A stretch of DNA of 64,000 bases, taken from Candidatus Aminicenantes bacterium (GTDB lineage Bacteria; Acidobacteriota; Aminicenantia; Aminicenantales; Saccharicenantaceae). The stretch lies in contig JAGNLW010000001.1 of assembly GCA_017999365.1 (NCBI GenBank), positions 130,239 to 194,238 on the forward strand, written 5' to 3'. Position 1 is the stretch's first letter; each line of letters starts with the position of its first letter. Positions 27,766-36,311 of the stretch are shown in pieces. The notes beneath the pieces are model-generated. The model was not told where the DNA came from. It saw only the letters and a list, made by a program, of their open reading frames with translations, and did no database searches. Both the position numbers and the translations under genes were made by a program.

Positions 27766-29180
27766 CGGACGAATCGAGACAAGCCCTCTTCCGCGCCATC
27801 CCGTCCCTCGACGCCCTGCTGTCCTCCGAGGCCGCCGCCCCGCTCCTGGCCGCCCACGGCCGCGAGGCCGTCGTCGCCGCCGGACGGGCCGTCCTCGACG
27901 ACCTGCGCGCCGGGATCGCCGCGAATGCCGCGCCCGACGACCTGTCGCTCCCCGCCCTGGCCGCCCGCGTCGCCGGCCGCCTGGCCTCCCGCCTGGCCCC
28001 CTCCCTCGCCCCCGCCATCAACGCCACCGGCGTCATCATGCACTCCGGCCTCGGCCGGGCCGTGCTCCCGCCCGCCGCGTGCGGAGCCCTCGGCGCCGTC
28101 GCCGCCGGCTACTCGACCCTGGCCCTCGACCTCGACTCCGGCAAGCGCGTCCCCCGCGACCGCCACGTCGAGGGCCTCCTCCGCGATCTCACCGGAGCCG
28201 AAGCAGTCACCGTCGCCAACAACAACGCCGCCGCGACCGTCCTCATCCTCGACACCATGGCCCGCGGCAAAGAGGTCGTCGTCTCGCGCGGCCAGCTCGT
28301 CGAGATCGGCGGCTCCTTCCGCATGCCCGACGTCATGGCCTCAAGCGGCGCCGTCCTGCGCGAGGTCGGCACGACCAACAAGACCCACCTCCGCGACTAC
28401 GAGGCCGCCCTGTCCCCCGCCACCGGGGCCATCCTCCGCGTCCACCACAGCAACTACCGCATCCTCGGCTTCGCCGAGGAGCCCCCCATCGAGGACCTCG
28501 TCGCCCTCGGCCGCTCCCGCGGCGTCCCGGTCATCGACGACCTCGGCAGCGGAGCCCTGGTCGACCTCGCGCGCTACGGCCTGGCCGGCGAGCCCCTGGT
28601 CCGGGCCAGCTTGGCCGCCGGCGCCGACGTCGCCTGCTTCAGCGGCGACAAGCTCATCGGCGGTCCCCAGTGCGGCATCATCGCCGGCCGCACCGAGTGG
28701 ATCCAGCGTATCCGTAAGAATCCTCTGGCCCGGGCCTTCCGCTGCGGCAAGCTGACCCTGGCCGCCCTCGAAGCGACCCTCAAGCTCTTCCTGGACCCCG
28801 ACCGGCTGGCCGAACGCCATCCCATCTACCGCATGTTCGCCCTCACGCCCGGCGAACTCGCCCGCCGGGCCGAAGCCATGGCCGCCTCCCTCCGCGAAGT
28901 CCTGCCGGCCGCCGTCGCGGTCGCCGTCGTCGACGCCGAGTCCCAAGTGGGCAGCGGCGCCGTCCCCGTCGAGACCATGCCCTCGAAGGCCCTGTCCATC
29001 CGCGCCGCCCGCCTCCCCGCCGAGGACCTGGCCCGCCGCCTGCGCCGCGGCGCGCCGCCCGTCTTCGCCCGCGTCCACCGCGACGCCGTTCTCTTCGACC
29101 TGCGCACGGTCCAGCCCGGCCAGGAGGCCGCCCTCCGGGCCGCGCTCGCCGCGATCCTCCAAGATGAAAAAAACAAATAG
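27762..29180 (+). CDS. selA: L-seryl-tRNA(Sec) selenium transferase (selenocysteine synthase)
   Basis: PLP-lysine motif FSGDKLIGGPQCG (SelA FSGDKLLGGPQAG). 472 aa. Start overlaps the upstream stop (ATGA). Confidence 0.9.
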   Translation: MTDESRQALFRAIPSLDALLSSEAAAPLLAAHGREAVVAAGRAVLDDLRAGIAANAAPDDLSLPALAARVAGRLASRLAPSLAPAINATGVIMHSGLGRAVLPPAACGALGAVAAGYSTLALDLDSGKRVPRDRHVEGLLRDLTGAEAVTVANNNAAATVLILDTMARGKEVVVSRGQLVEIGGSFRMPDVMASSGAVLREVGTTNKTHLRDYEAALSPATGAILRVHHSNYRILGFAEEPPIEDLVALGRSRGVPVIDDLGSGALVDLARYGLAGEPLVRASLAAGADVACFSGDKLIGGPQCGIIAGRTEWIQRIRKNPLARAFRCGKLTLAALEATLKLFLDPDRLAERHPIYRMFALTPGELARRAEAMAASLREVLPAAVAVAVVDAESQVGSGAVPVETMPSKALSIRAARLPAEDLARRLRRGAPPVFARVHRDAVLFDLRTVQPGQEAALRAALAAILQDEKNK

Positions 29181-30405
29181 GAACGGCCCCGTTTCTCGGG
29201 CCTTCTTCGAGAGGCGCAAGCGCGTCATGGGGCGGTCCATCGCCCTCGGCCATTGCATCTGCAACCCCAAGGACCCCTGCCCCTGCGACCTCTTCAAACA
29301 GAAGAACGTCTGTCTCTGCGCCGGCGAGCGCGAGGCCGACGCCCCCGACGACGTCGCCCTGACCACTCTCGTCGAGAACGCCGGCTGCGCCTCAAAGATC
29401 GGCCAGGAGGACCTCAAGCGGGCCCTCGCCGGCCTGCCGCGCACCTTCGACCGCCGCGTCCTCGTCTCCTCGGACACCTGCGACGACGCCGGCGTCTACG
29501 CCCTGACCCCGCGCACGGCCCTCGTCCAGTCGGTCGACGTCTTCACCCCCGTCGTCGACGACGCCTACGCCTTCGGCGAGATCGCCGCCGCCAACTCCCT
29601 CAGCGACATCTACGCCATGGGCGGCCGCCCCCTGACGGCCCTGTCCATCGTCGCCTTCCCCATCGAGCGCCTCAGCCCGCGCCTCATGAACCGCATGCTC
29701 CAGGGCGGCGTCGACAAGCTCCGCGAAGCGGGCGTGGCCCTCCTCGGCGGCCACAGCATCAAGGACCGCGAGATCAAGTTCGGTTTCGCCGTGACCGGCG
29801 TCGTCGACCCCCGCCGCATGACCGTGAACAACCGCGCCAAGCCCGGCGACGTTCTCGTCCTGACCAAGCCCCTCGGCACGGGCACGCTGAGCTTCGCCCG
29901 CCAGATCGGCCGGGCCCCGGCCGACGGCCTGGCCGCCGCCGAGCTCTCCATGCGCGCCCTCAACAAGGCCGCCGCCGCCCTCTTACCGGCCTTCCGCGTC
30001 ACCACGGCCACCGACATCACCGGCTTCGGCCTGGCCGGCCACCTCGGCGAGATCGCCGCCCAGAGCCGAGTCGACATCGAGGTCTTCGGCGCCTCCCTCC
30101 CCGTCTTCCCCGGCGTCCTCGAGCTCATCCGCGCCGGGGTCGTCTCGGGCGCCGTCGAGCGCAATCGCGAATACGCCTCGTCCTTCGTCCGGCGCGCCGA
30201 TCTGACCGTCCCCGAGGAGCTCGAGACGCTCCTCTACGACCCCCAGACCTCGGGCGGCCTGCTCGTCGCCGTCCGCCCCTCGCGGGCCGCGGCTTTCCTC
30301 TCCGCCCTCGGCCGCGCCGGCGTCCCGGCCGCCGCCATCGTCGGACGCGTCACCCGCAAGTCCGCCAAGCCCCGCATCGTCCTCCGCGCCGCCGCCCCGC
30401 GCTGA
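29164..30405 (+). CDS. selD: Selenide, water dikinase (selenophosphate synthetase), Cys-type, with Cys-rich N-terminal extension
   Basis: Core ...LTTLVENAGCASKIG... aligns to E. coli SelD ...LTQYSHGAGCGCKI... (Cys rather than Sec at the active-site position). The AIR-synthase-like fold blocks are present. A ~50-aa N-terminal extension with HCICNPKDPCPCDLFKQKNVCLCAGE precedes the core. Alternative start ATG 29227. Confidence 0.9.
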   Translation: MKKTNRNGPVSRAFFERRKRVMGRSIALGHCICNPKDPCPCDLFKQKNVCLCAGEREADAPDDVALTTLVENAGCASKIGQEDLKRALAGLPRTFDRRVLVSSDTCDDAGVYALTPRTALVQSVDVFTPVVDDAYAFGEIAAANSLSDIYAMGGRPLTALSIVAFPIERLSPRLMNRMLQGGVDKLREAGVALLGGHSIKDREIKFGFAVTGVVDPRRMTVNNRAKPGDVLVLTKPLGTGTLSFARQIGRAPADGLAAAELSMRALNKAAAALLPAFRVTTATDITGFGLAGHLGEIAAQSRVDIEVFGASLPVFPGVLELIRAGVVSGAVERNREYASSFVRRADLTVPEELETLLYDPQTSGGLLVAVRPSRAAAFLSALGRAGVPAAAIVGRVTRKSAKPRIVLRAAAPR

Positions 30406-30410
30406 CCGCC

Positions 30411-32342
30411 ATGGCCGAGCTCGACCACGTCATCGTCGGCACGGCCGGGCACATCGACCACGGCAAGAGCGCCCTCGTCCGGGCCCTGACCGGCACCGAC
30501 CCCGACACGCTGCCCGAGGAAAAGGCCCGCGGCATGACCATCGAGCTGGGCTTCGTCTTCCTCGACGACCCGGGCTACCCGAAGCAGATCGTCTTCATCG
30601 ACGTCCCCGGCCACGAGCGCTTCGTCAAGACCATGGCCGCCGGAGCCAGCCACGTCGACGCCGCCCTCCTGGTCGTCGCCGCCGACGAGGGCCTGGCCGT
30701 CCAGACCCGCGAGCATTTCGACATCCTGACCCTCCTCGGCATCGAGCACGGGCTCATCGCCCTGACCAAGAGCGACCTCGTCGACGGGGACCGCGTTGCC
30801 GAGCTCACGGCGTCCGTCCGCGCCTTCGTCCGCGGCTCGTTCCTGGAGAGCGCGCCCATCCTCGCCGTCTCCGCCCTCACCGGCGCCGGCCTCCCGGAGC
30901 TCAAAGCCGCGCTCCAGGCCATCGGCCGCCGCGTCCGCCCCCGGCCCGACAGCGGCGTCTTCCGCATGCCCGTCGACCGCGTCTTCACCATGCACGGCTT
31001 CGGCACGGTCGTCGCCGGCACCGTCCTCTCGGGCACGGTCCGGGCCGGCGACCGCGTCGAGATCTTTCCCGAAGGCCTGAAAAGCCGCGTTCGCGGCGTC
31101 CAAGTCCACGGCTCCAAGGCCGACGTCTCGGGGGTCGGGCGCCGCACGGCCCTCAACCTCCAGGACCTGGCCAAGGAGGATCTCCGCCGCGGCCAGGTCG
31201 CCGCCGCCGAAGGCTCGCTCGTCCCGACGGCGCGCCTCGACGCCCGCCTCGACGTCCTGGCCGACGCCCCCCGCGAGGTCAAGCACCGCGACCGGGTCCG
31301 GCTCCACATCGGGACCGACGAGGTCATGGCCCGGCTCGCCGTCATCGGCGGGCCGTCCGTCGCCCCCGGCGCCTCCTCCCCCGTCCAGCTCGTCCTCGAA
31401 CGGCCGGCCGTGGCCCTGCCCGGCGACCGCTTCGTCATCCGTTCCTTCTCGCCCGTCCTGACCGTCGGCGGAGGCCTCGTCCTCGACGCCGCGCCCGAGA
31501 AACACAAGCGCTTCAGCGGCCGGGTCCTCGAGGGGCTGGGCAAGCTCGGCGGGCCGGCCCGCGAGGCCGTCGACCAGATGTTCGCCCAGGCCGGCGGCAT
31601 CCCCCGGACCGCCTCCGACATCGCCCTCAAGCTCGGCCGGGCCGAAGCCGACGTCGCCGAGGCCGTCGCCGCGCTCGCCGCCGAGGGCGCGCTCGTCGCC
31701 GTCGGCGAGGGCCAGCCCGAGCGCTACCTCCACCGGTCCGTCCGCGACGAGCTGGCCGCCGGGCTCGTCGACGGCCTCAAGGCCTATTTCGCCGCGAATC
31801 CCTACAAGCCGGCCATGCCCTACTCCGATCTCCGCGCCGCTTTTCTCGGCAAAAGCGACGCCGCCGGCCTCAAGCACGTCCTCGACTCCCTCCTCGCCTC
31901 GGGCGCGCTCTTCCGCAAGGACGCCGGCGTCGGCCTCACCGGCCGCGAGGTCGCGGCCGACCCCGTCGAGGCCGAGCGCCGCGCCCGCGTCGCCGGGGCC
32001 TATGCCTCGGCCCGGTTCTCCGCCCCGCTCGAGGACGACGTCCGCCTCTCCCTCAAGCTCAATCCCTCGGCGTTCGAGCCCGTCCTCAACGCCCTGCTCC
32101 GCGACGGCACGCTCGTCCGGCTGGCGCCCAAGGTCGTCTATCACCGCGACACGGTCGAGGCCGCCCGCTTGGCCGTGGCCGGCCTCATCGAGCGGCGCGG
32201 CTCGGTCTCCATCGCCGAGCTCCGCGACCGCCTGGCGCTCTCCCGCAAGTACGCCCAGGCCATCCTGGAATATTTCGACAAGACCGGCTTCACCAAGCGC
32301 GTCGGCGACCGTCACGTCGCGGGCGCGCGCCCCGCCCGCTGA
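30411..32342 (+). CDS. selB: Selenocysteine-specific translation elongation factor
   Basis: GTPase motifs GHIDHGKS, DVPGHERF and TKSD. EF-Tu-like domains II/III are followed by a long C-terminal winged-helix extension (mRNA/SECIS binding). 643 aa. Confidence 0.9.
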   Translation: MAELDHVIVGTAGHIDHGKSALVRALTGTDPDTLPEEKARGMTIELGFVFLDDPGYPKQIVFIDVPGHERFVKTMAAGASHVDAALLVVAADEGLAVQTREHFDILTLLGIEHGLIALTKSDLVDGDRVAELTASVRAFVRGSFLESAPILAVSALTGAGLPELKAALQAIGRRVRPRPDSGVFRMPVDRVFTMHGFGTVVAGTVLSGTVRAGDRVEIFPEGLKSRVRGVQVHGSKADVSGVGRRTALNLQDLAKEDLRRGQVAAAEGSLVPTARLDARLDVLADAPREVKHRDRVRLHIGTDEVMARLAVIGGPSVAPGASSPVQLVLERPAVALPGDRFVIRSFSPVLTVGGGLVLDAAPEKHKRFSGRVLEGLGKLGGPAREAVDQMFAQAGGIPRTASDIALKLGRAEADVAEAVAALAAEGALVAVGEGQPERYLHRSVRDELAAGLVDGLKAYFAANPYKPAMPYSDLRAAFLGKSDAAGLKHVLDSLLASGALFRKDAGVGLTGREVAADPVEAERRARVAGAYASARFSAPLEDDVRLSLKLNPSAFEPVLNALLRDGTLVRLAPKVVYHRDTVEAARLAVAGLIERRGSVSIAELRDRLALSRKYAQAILEYFDKTGFTKRVGDRHVAGARPAR

Positions 32343-32411
32343 TCCCGCCCGGCGGGCCGTCCCGACAACGCGCGGGAACCGGCCTGACCGGACCGGCGTT
32401 ATACGAGTATA

Positions 32412-33557
32412 ATGGGCCCAGCCATGACCGCCCGCCGCGCCCTGTTCCTGTTCCATCTCCGGGTCGGCGCCCGTCTGGCCCTGCGCGTCCTGGCCCCCGT
32501 GCTGGCGGCGGCGCTTTTCCTTTATTACGTTCTCCGGCCGGAGTTCTCGCTCGAGCTGGCCCGCATCCTTTTCATCGAGGGCGGCTTCGTCGAATCCGGC
32601 CTGGCCGGCACGCTGCTCCTGCTCGGTCTGGCCCGCGTGGTCGCACCCCGGATCGCGGCCGGAAGCGCCGGCTGGACGCGCTCGCTCCCGGTCGCCCCGG
32701 CCGCCCAGCGGTTCTCCGCGCTCCTCTCGCTGCTCGTCGCCGAGATCCCCGTCCTCACGGTGCTCGGGGCGTTCGTCTGGGTCATCACGGACCCGGGACC
32801 GATGCCCGGGGCCGCGCTCGCCGCGCGCCTCGCGGAACATGCCCTCCGCTTCCTCCCCCATGTCCTGGGCCTGATCGCGGGCGCCGCCGCGGCCGGCCGC
32901 GTCGCCAGGCGGGACGCGCCCTCCGGGGCCTTCTTCCAAACGCTCTCCCTCCGGGCCGTCGGATGGCGGTTCGCCCTCGCCGGCCTCGCGGCCTGCGCCG
33001 TCCTCGGCGGCGCCCGGCTCCTGTTGGCCAATAACGACCTCGCCCCGCGCGCGGCCTTCGTTCTCTCGCTCTTCGGCATCGTCCTCGGCCTGACCGCGTT
33101 CGTCGGACCGGCCGCCGACATCCTGGCCGCCCGCCGGCCCGCTTGGCCCTGGCTCAGGTCCCTGCCGAGGTCGGCCGCGGCCCGCGTGCGGGACGATGCG
33201 CTCCTCCTGGCCCTGCTCGCCCTCCCGCTCGCGGCCCTCGGCATGATCCTGCTCCGGAGCCCGGCCCGGCGGGCCGCCTACCTCCCGGGACCATTGGCCT
33301 GGCTCGCGGTACGGGGCGCGGAAGCCCTTCGCGAGGCCGGCGACCGGCCGTTCGGGGCTCTCGGGCACATCGCCGTCGAAGGGGCCTTCCTCTCCCTCGT
33401 CCTGGCCCTTTTGCCTTGGACCTCGTTCCTGCTCGCGGCGGCGTCTCCCGTCGCCTTTATCCTCGCCCGCGACGCGGAGCGCCGTCTCAAGCCGACCCGC
33501 TGGGCCGAGCGGCGCCACGCGGCCGCCGGCGACCCCCTCTCCTGGAGCGCTTCATGA
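32412..33557 (+). CDS. Polytopic membrane protein (ABC-2-type permease-like), coupled to the downstream ABC ATPase
   Basis: About 380 aa and highly hydrophobic with multiple TM segments. Its stop overlaps the ATPase start (ATGA). The start may be ATG 32412 or 32424. Confidence 0.55.
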   Translation: MGPAMTARRALFLFHLRVGARLALRVLAPVLAAALFLYYVLRPEFSLELARILFIEGGFVESGLAGTLLLLGLARVVAPRIAAGSAGWTRSLPVAPAAQRFSALLSLLVAEIPVLTVLGAFVWVITDPGPMPGAALAARLAEHALRFLPHVLGLIAGAAAAGRVARRDAPSGAFFQTLSLRAVGWRFALAGLAACAVLGGARLLLANNDLAPRAAFVLSLFGIVLGLTAFVGPAADILAARRPAWPWLRSLPRSAAARVRDDALLLALLALPLAALGMILLRSPARRAAYLPGPLAWLAVRGAEALREAGDRPFGALGHIAVEGAFLSLVLALLPWTSFLLAAASPVAFILARDAERRLKPTRWAERRHAAAGDPLSWSAS

Positions 33558-34285
33558 TGGTCTTCGAGAAGGTCTCCTTCGGCTACGAGCCCGGCCGGCC
33601 GGTCGTCCGGGACGCGACATTCGCCCTGGGCCCCGGGTTGACGCTCCTCGTCGGCCCGAACGGCTGCGGCAAGAGCACCTTGCACAAGCTCGCCGCCGGC
33701 GTCGAGCGCCCCGACGGCGGACGCGTCCTCGTCGACGGCCTGGATCTCTGGGAACGGGAAGCCGAGGCCTGCCGCGGCCTGGCCTATCTGCCGGAATTCC
33801 CGGACATCACGCCCTACGCCTCCCTCCGGGACGTCCTCCGTCTGGTCTGCCGCCTGCGCGGCGAGCCGGGAGCCGCCGGCGAGCGGGCCCTCGAGCTCTT
33901 CGGCCTCGGCGACGAATCCCGGCGCTCGGTCCGCGAGCTGTCCTCGGGACAGCGCAAGCGGGCGCTCTTCGCGGCCGCGTTCGTCGGCCGCCCCGGCCAT
34001 ATCCTGCTCGACGAGCCCCTCGACGCCCTCGACCGCCAGATCGCCGATGAGGTCGTGCGCTGGATCGGCGAGCGGGCGGCGGCCGGGGCTTCGGTCGTCG
34101 TCGTCTCCCACGCCATCGAACCCCTGGCAGGGCTCACCACCCGGGCCGTGACGGCCCGGGCCGGCTCGATCGAGGTCCGCGAGGATATCCCCGCGTCCCA
34201 AGAGGAGCGGCTTCGGCTTCTCGACGCGCTCGCCCGCGGCCAGGACCCGCGCTTTCCCGGGGGAGGTTCCCCAGATGCCGCCTGA
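33554..34285 (+). CDS. ABC transporter ATP-binding protein
   Basis: Walker A GPNGCGKST, signature LSSGQRKR, Walker B ILLDEPLDALD, and an H-loop. Start ATG 33554 inside artefactual ORF 33143..34285. Confidence 0.8.
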   Translation: MMVFEKVSFGYEPGRPVVRDATFALGPGLTLLVGPNGCGKSTLHKLAAGVERPDGGRVLVDGLDLWEREAEACRGLAYLPEFPDITPYASLRDVLRLVCRLRGEPGAAGERALELFGLGDESRRSVRELSSGQRKRALFAAAFVGRPGHILLDEPLDALDRQIADEVVRWIGERAAAGASVVVVSHAIEPLAGLTTRAVTARAGSIEVREDIPASQEERLRLLDALARGQDPRFPGGGSPDAA

Positions 34286-34787
34286 GCGCGTACTCGTCGT
34301 GGACGGCTACAACGTCATCCACCGCGTCCCGGAGCTCGAGGCGAGCCTGGACGGGGGCCTGGCGAACGCCCGCAACCGCCTGGCCGTCCGGGTCTCGGCC
34401 TGGGCCCGGGAGCATCCGGGCGTGGAGTGCGTCATCGTCTTCGACGGGGATTTCGAGCATTCCGGCGGCCGCGACGAGCGCCTGGCCGGTATCCGCTGCC
34501 TGTTCTCTCTGAGCGCCCACGGGGGCGACGACGAGATCATCCGCTTCGTCCGCGAGCGCCGGGGCCGCAAAGCGGACGTCACCGTCGTCTCCGACGACAA
34601 CAAGGTCGGTAACAACTGCCGGGCCCACGGCGCCGCGGTCCGGCCTTCGAGCTTCCTCATGGAGCGCAAGACCCGCCCCGCTTCCCCCGCCCCGAACCGT
34701 CGCAAAGACCCGGCGGAAGGCCGGGGCCTCGACCGCAAGGCGGCCGCCGCCATAGAGGACGAGCTCAAGAAGAAATTCGGCCTCTGA
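34275..34787 (+). CDS. NYN-domain (YacP-like) predicted ribonuclease
   Basis: LVVDGYNVIH ... CVIVFDG ... DDEI pattern of the YacP/NYN family. 170 aa. Confidence 0.7.
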   Translation: MPPERVLVVDGYNVIHRVPELEASLDGGLANARNRLAVRVSAWAREHPGVECVIVFDGDFEHSGGRDERLAGIRCLFSLSAHGGDDEIIRFVRERRGRKADVTVVSDDNKVGNNCRAHGAAVRPSSFLMERKTRPASPAPNRRKDPAEGRGLDRKAAAAIEDELKKKFGL

Positions 34788-34919
34788 AACCGTTCCGGAC
34801 CCTGTCCCCATCGCCGATAGGGGGGATTTTCGCCCGGCGTGCTTGACACCCGCCCCTCCCGGCATTATCGTTGACTTTGAGGATTGGGGCTAATTTATTG
34901 TTTTGGAGTAGGTTACGCC

Positions 34920-36095
34920 ATGAGGAATCCCCTGTCTAAGCTCAAGGTCCTGGCCGCGTTGGCCGTCCTAACGGCGGGTATCGGCGCCTGCGGCCTCGGC
35001 GGCGACACCGGTCGGCTCTCCCTGAGCCTGACCGACGCCGCGACCGACCAGTATAACGCCGTCTACGTCACCATCCGCGAGGTCGCCGTCCACGCCGAGG
35101 GCGATATGGAGGATGGCTGGACGGTCGTCTCCAGCCCGAACAAGACCGTCAATCTCCTGGACCTCGTCAACGGCGTCCGCGAGCAGCTGGCCCTGGCCGA
35201 CCTCACGGCCGGGCATTACACCCAGCTCCGGCTCATGATCGGCGAGACGGCCGACGGCGGCGTCAACATCCGCAGCCAGGCCCATCCCTTCGCCAACTAC
35301 GTCATCGACGACCGCGACGATTATCACGAGCTGAAGATCCCGAGCGGCCTGCAGACGGGCGTCAAGATCGTCCAGGGCTTCGATATCAACGAGAACCGGA
35401 CGACCGAGCTCATCCTCGACTTCGACGCCTCCCGGTCCGTCGTCGCGGCCGGCCGCAGCGGCCGGTATCTCCTGAAGCCGACCATCCAGGTGCTCGGCAC
35501 CGAATTGGCCGCTATCGTGAGCGGCTCCGTCACCACGCCCGACGCCAACCTGAACCCCGTGGCCGTCCCCGGGGCCCTCGTCAGCGCCCAGGTCTACGAC
35601 GCCACGGCGGCCGATCCCAAGGACCGGGTCCTCGTGCGCACCGCCACCATGAGCGACGACGCCGGCGCCTACAAGCTCTTCATCGGAGCCGGGTCCTACA
35701 ACTTCGTCGCCGGCCGCCTGGGCGAGGTCGAACCCGTCTTCGCCCCGGTCGCCCTCCCTCTCACCGTCGAGGCCGACACGACGCCGACCCAGGACTTCTC
35801 CGTCGAGGACGTCGCCGCAGCCGACCTCGGCACGCTCGACGGCACGGTGACGATCGCCAGCCCGGCCACGGACGCCTACGTGACCATCTCGGTCCGCACG
35901 ACCGTCACGCTGACGACCGGGGACGCCGTCGTCGAGGTCTGGACGGCCAACGTCCAGGACGGCGGGACCTACTCCATCAAGCTGCCGGCCGGGACCTACA
36001 GCCTCGTCGCCTGGACGAGCGGCCGGCCGACCTTCGAAGCGACCGGCGTCGCCCTGACGGCGAACACGACCACTTCGGTTCCCGTCTCCTTCTGA
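34920..36095 (+). CDS. DUF4382-like lipoprotein
   Basis: Start ATG 34920 (track ORF begins at 34884). Lipoprotein signal ...LTAGIGACG. LSLSLTDAATDQYNAVYVTIREVAVH matches the N-terminal signature of the DUF4382 family as I recall it. Confidence 0.65.
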   Translation: MRNPLSKLKVLAALAVLTAGIGACGLGGDTGRLSLSLTDAATDQYNAVYVTIREVAVHAEGDMEDGWTVVSSPNKTVNLLDLVNGVREQLALADLTAGHYTQLRLMIGETADGGVNIRSQAHPFANYVIDDRDDYHELKIPSGLQTGVKIVQGFDINENRTTELILDFDASRSVVAAGRSGRYLLKPTIQVLGTELAAIVSGSVTTPDANLNPVAVPGALVSAQVYDATAADPKDRVLVRTATMSDDAGAYKLFIGAGSYNFVAGRLGEVEPVFAPVALPLTVEADTTPTQDFSVEDVAAADLGTLDGTVTIASPATDAYVTISVRTTVTLTTGDAVVEVWTANVQDGGTYSIKLPAGTYSLVAWTSGRPTFEATGVALTANTTTSVPVSF

Positions 36096-36107
36096 TCCGC
36101 ACGCTCT

Positions 36108-36150
36108 GAAAGGGCCTTCCGGGGCGAGACCCGGCAGGCCCTTCGTTTAT
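36108..36150 (+). terminator. Putative rho-independent terminator after the DUF4382 gene
   Basis: GAAAGGGCC ... GGCCCTTC stem (with a nested CCGGG/CCCGG hairpin) followed by GTTTAT. Confidence 0.35.
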
Positions 36151-36311
36151 CGTCCCCTTCGTTGACCCGGCCGCCGGATTCTCTTATAATCCGTCCGGGT
36201 GCACGGGGCAATGAGGCCCCGCGCAGGTTATCGCCTCACGGGTGGTCGGGCCGCCATCCTTATCGTCCCGGAACGCCTCCCCGGCGTTCGGGGCGCCGAT
36301 AGGGAGTCGCC

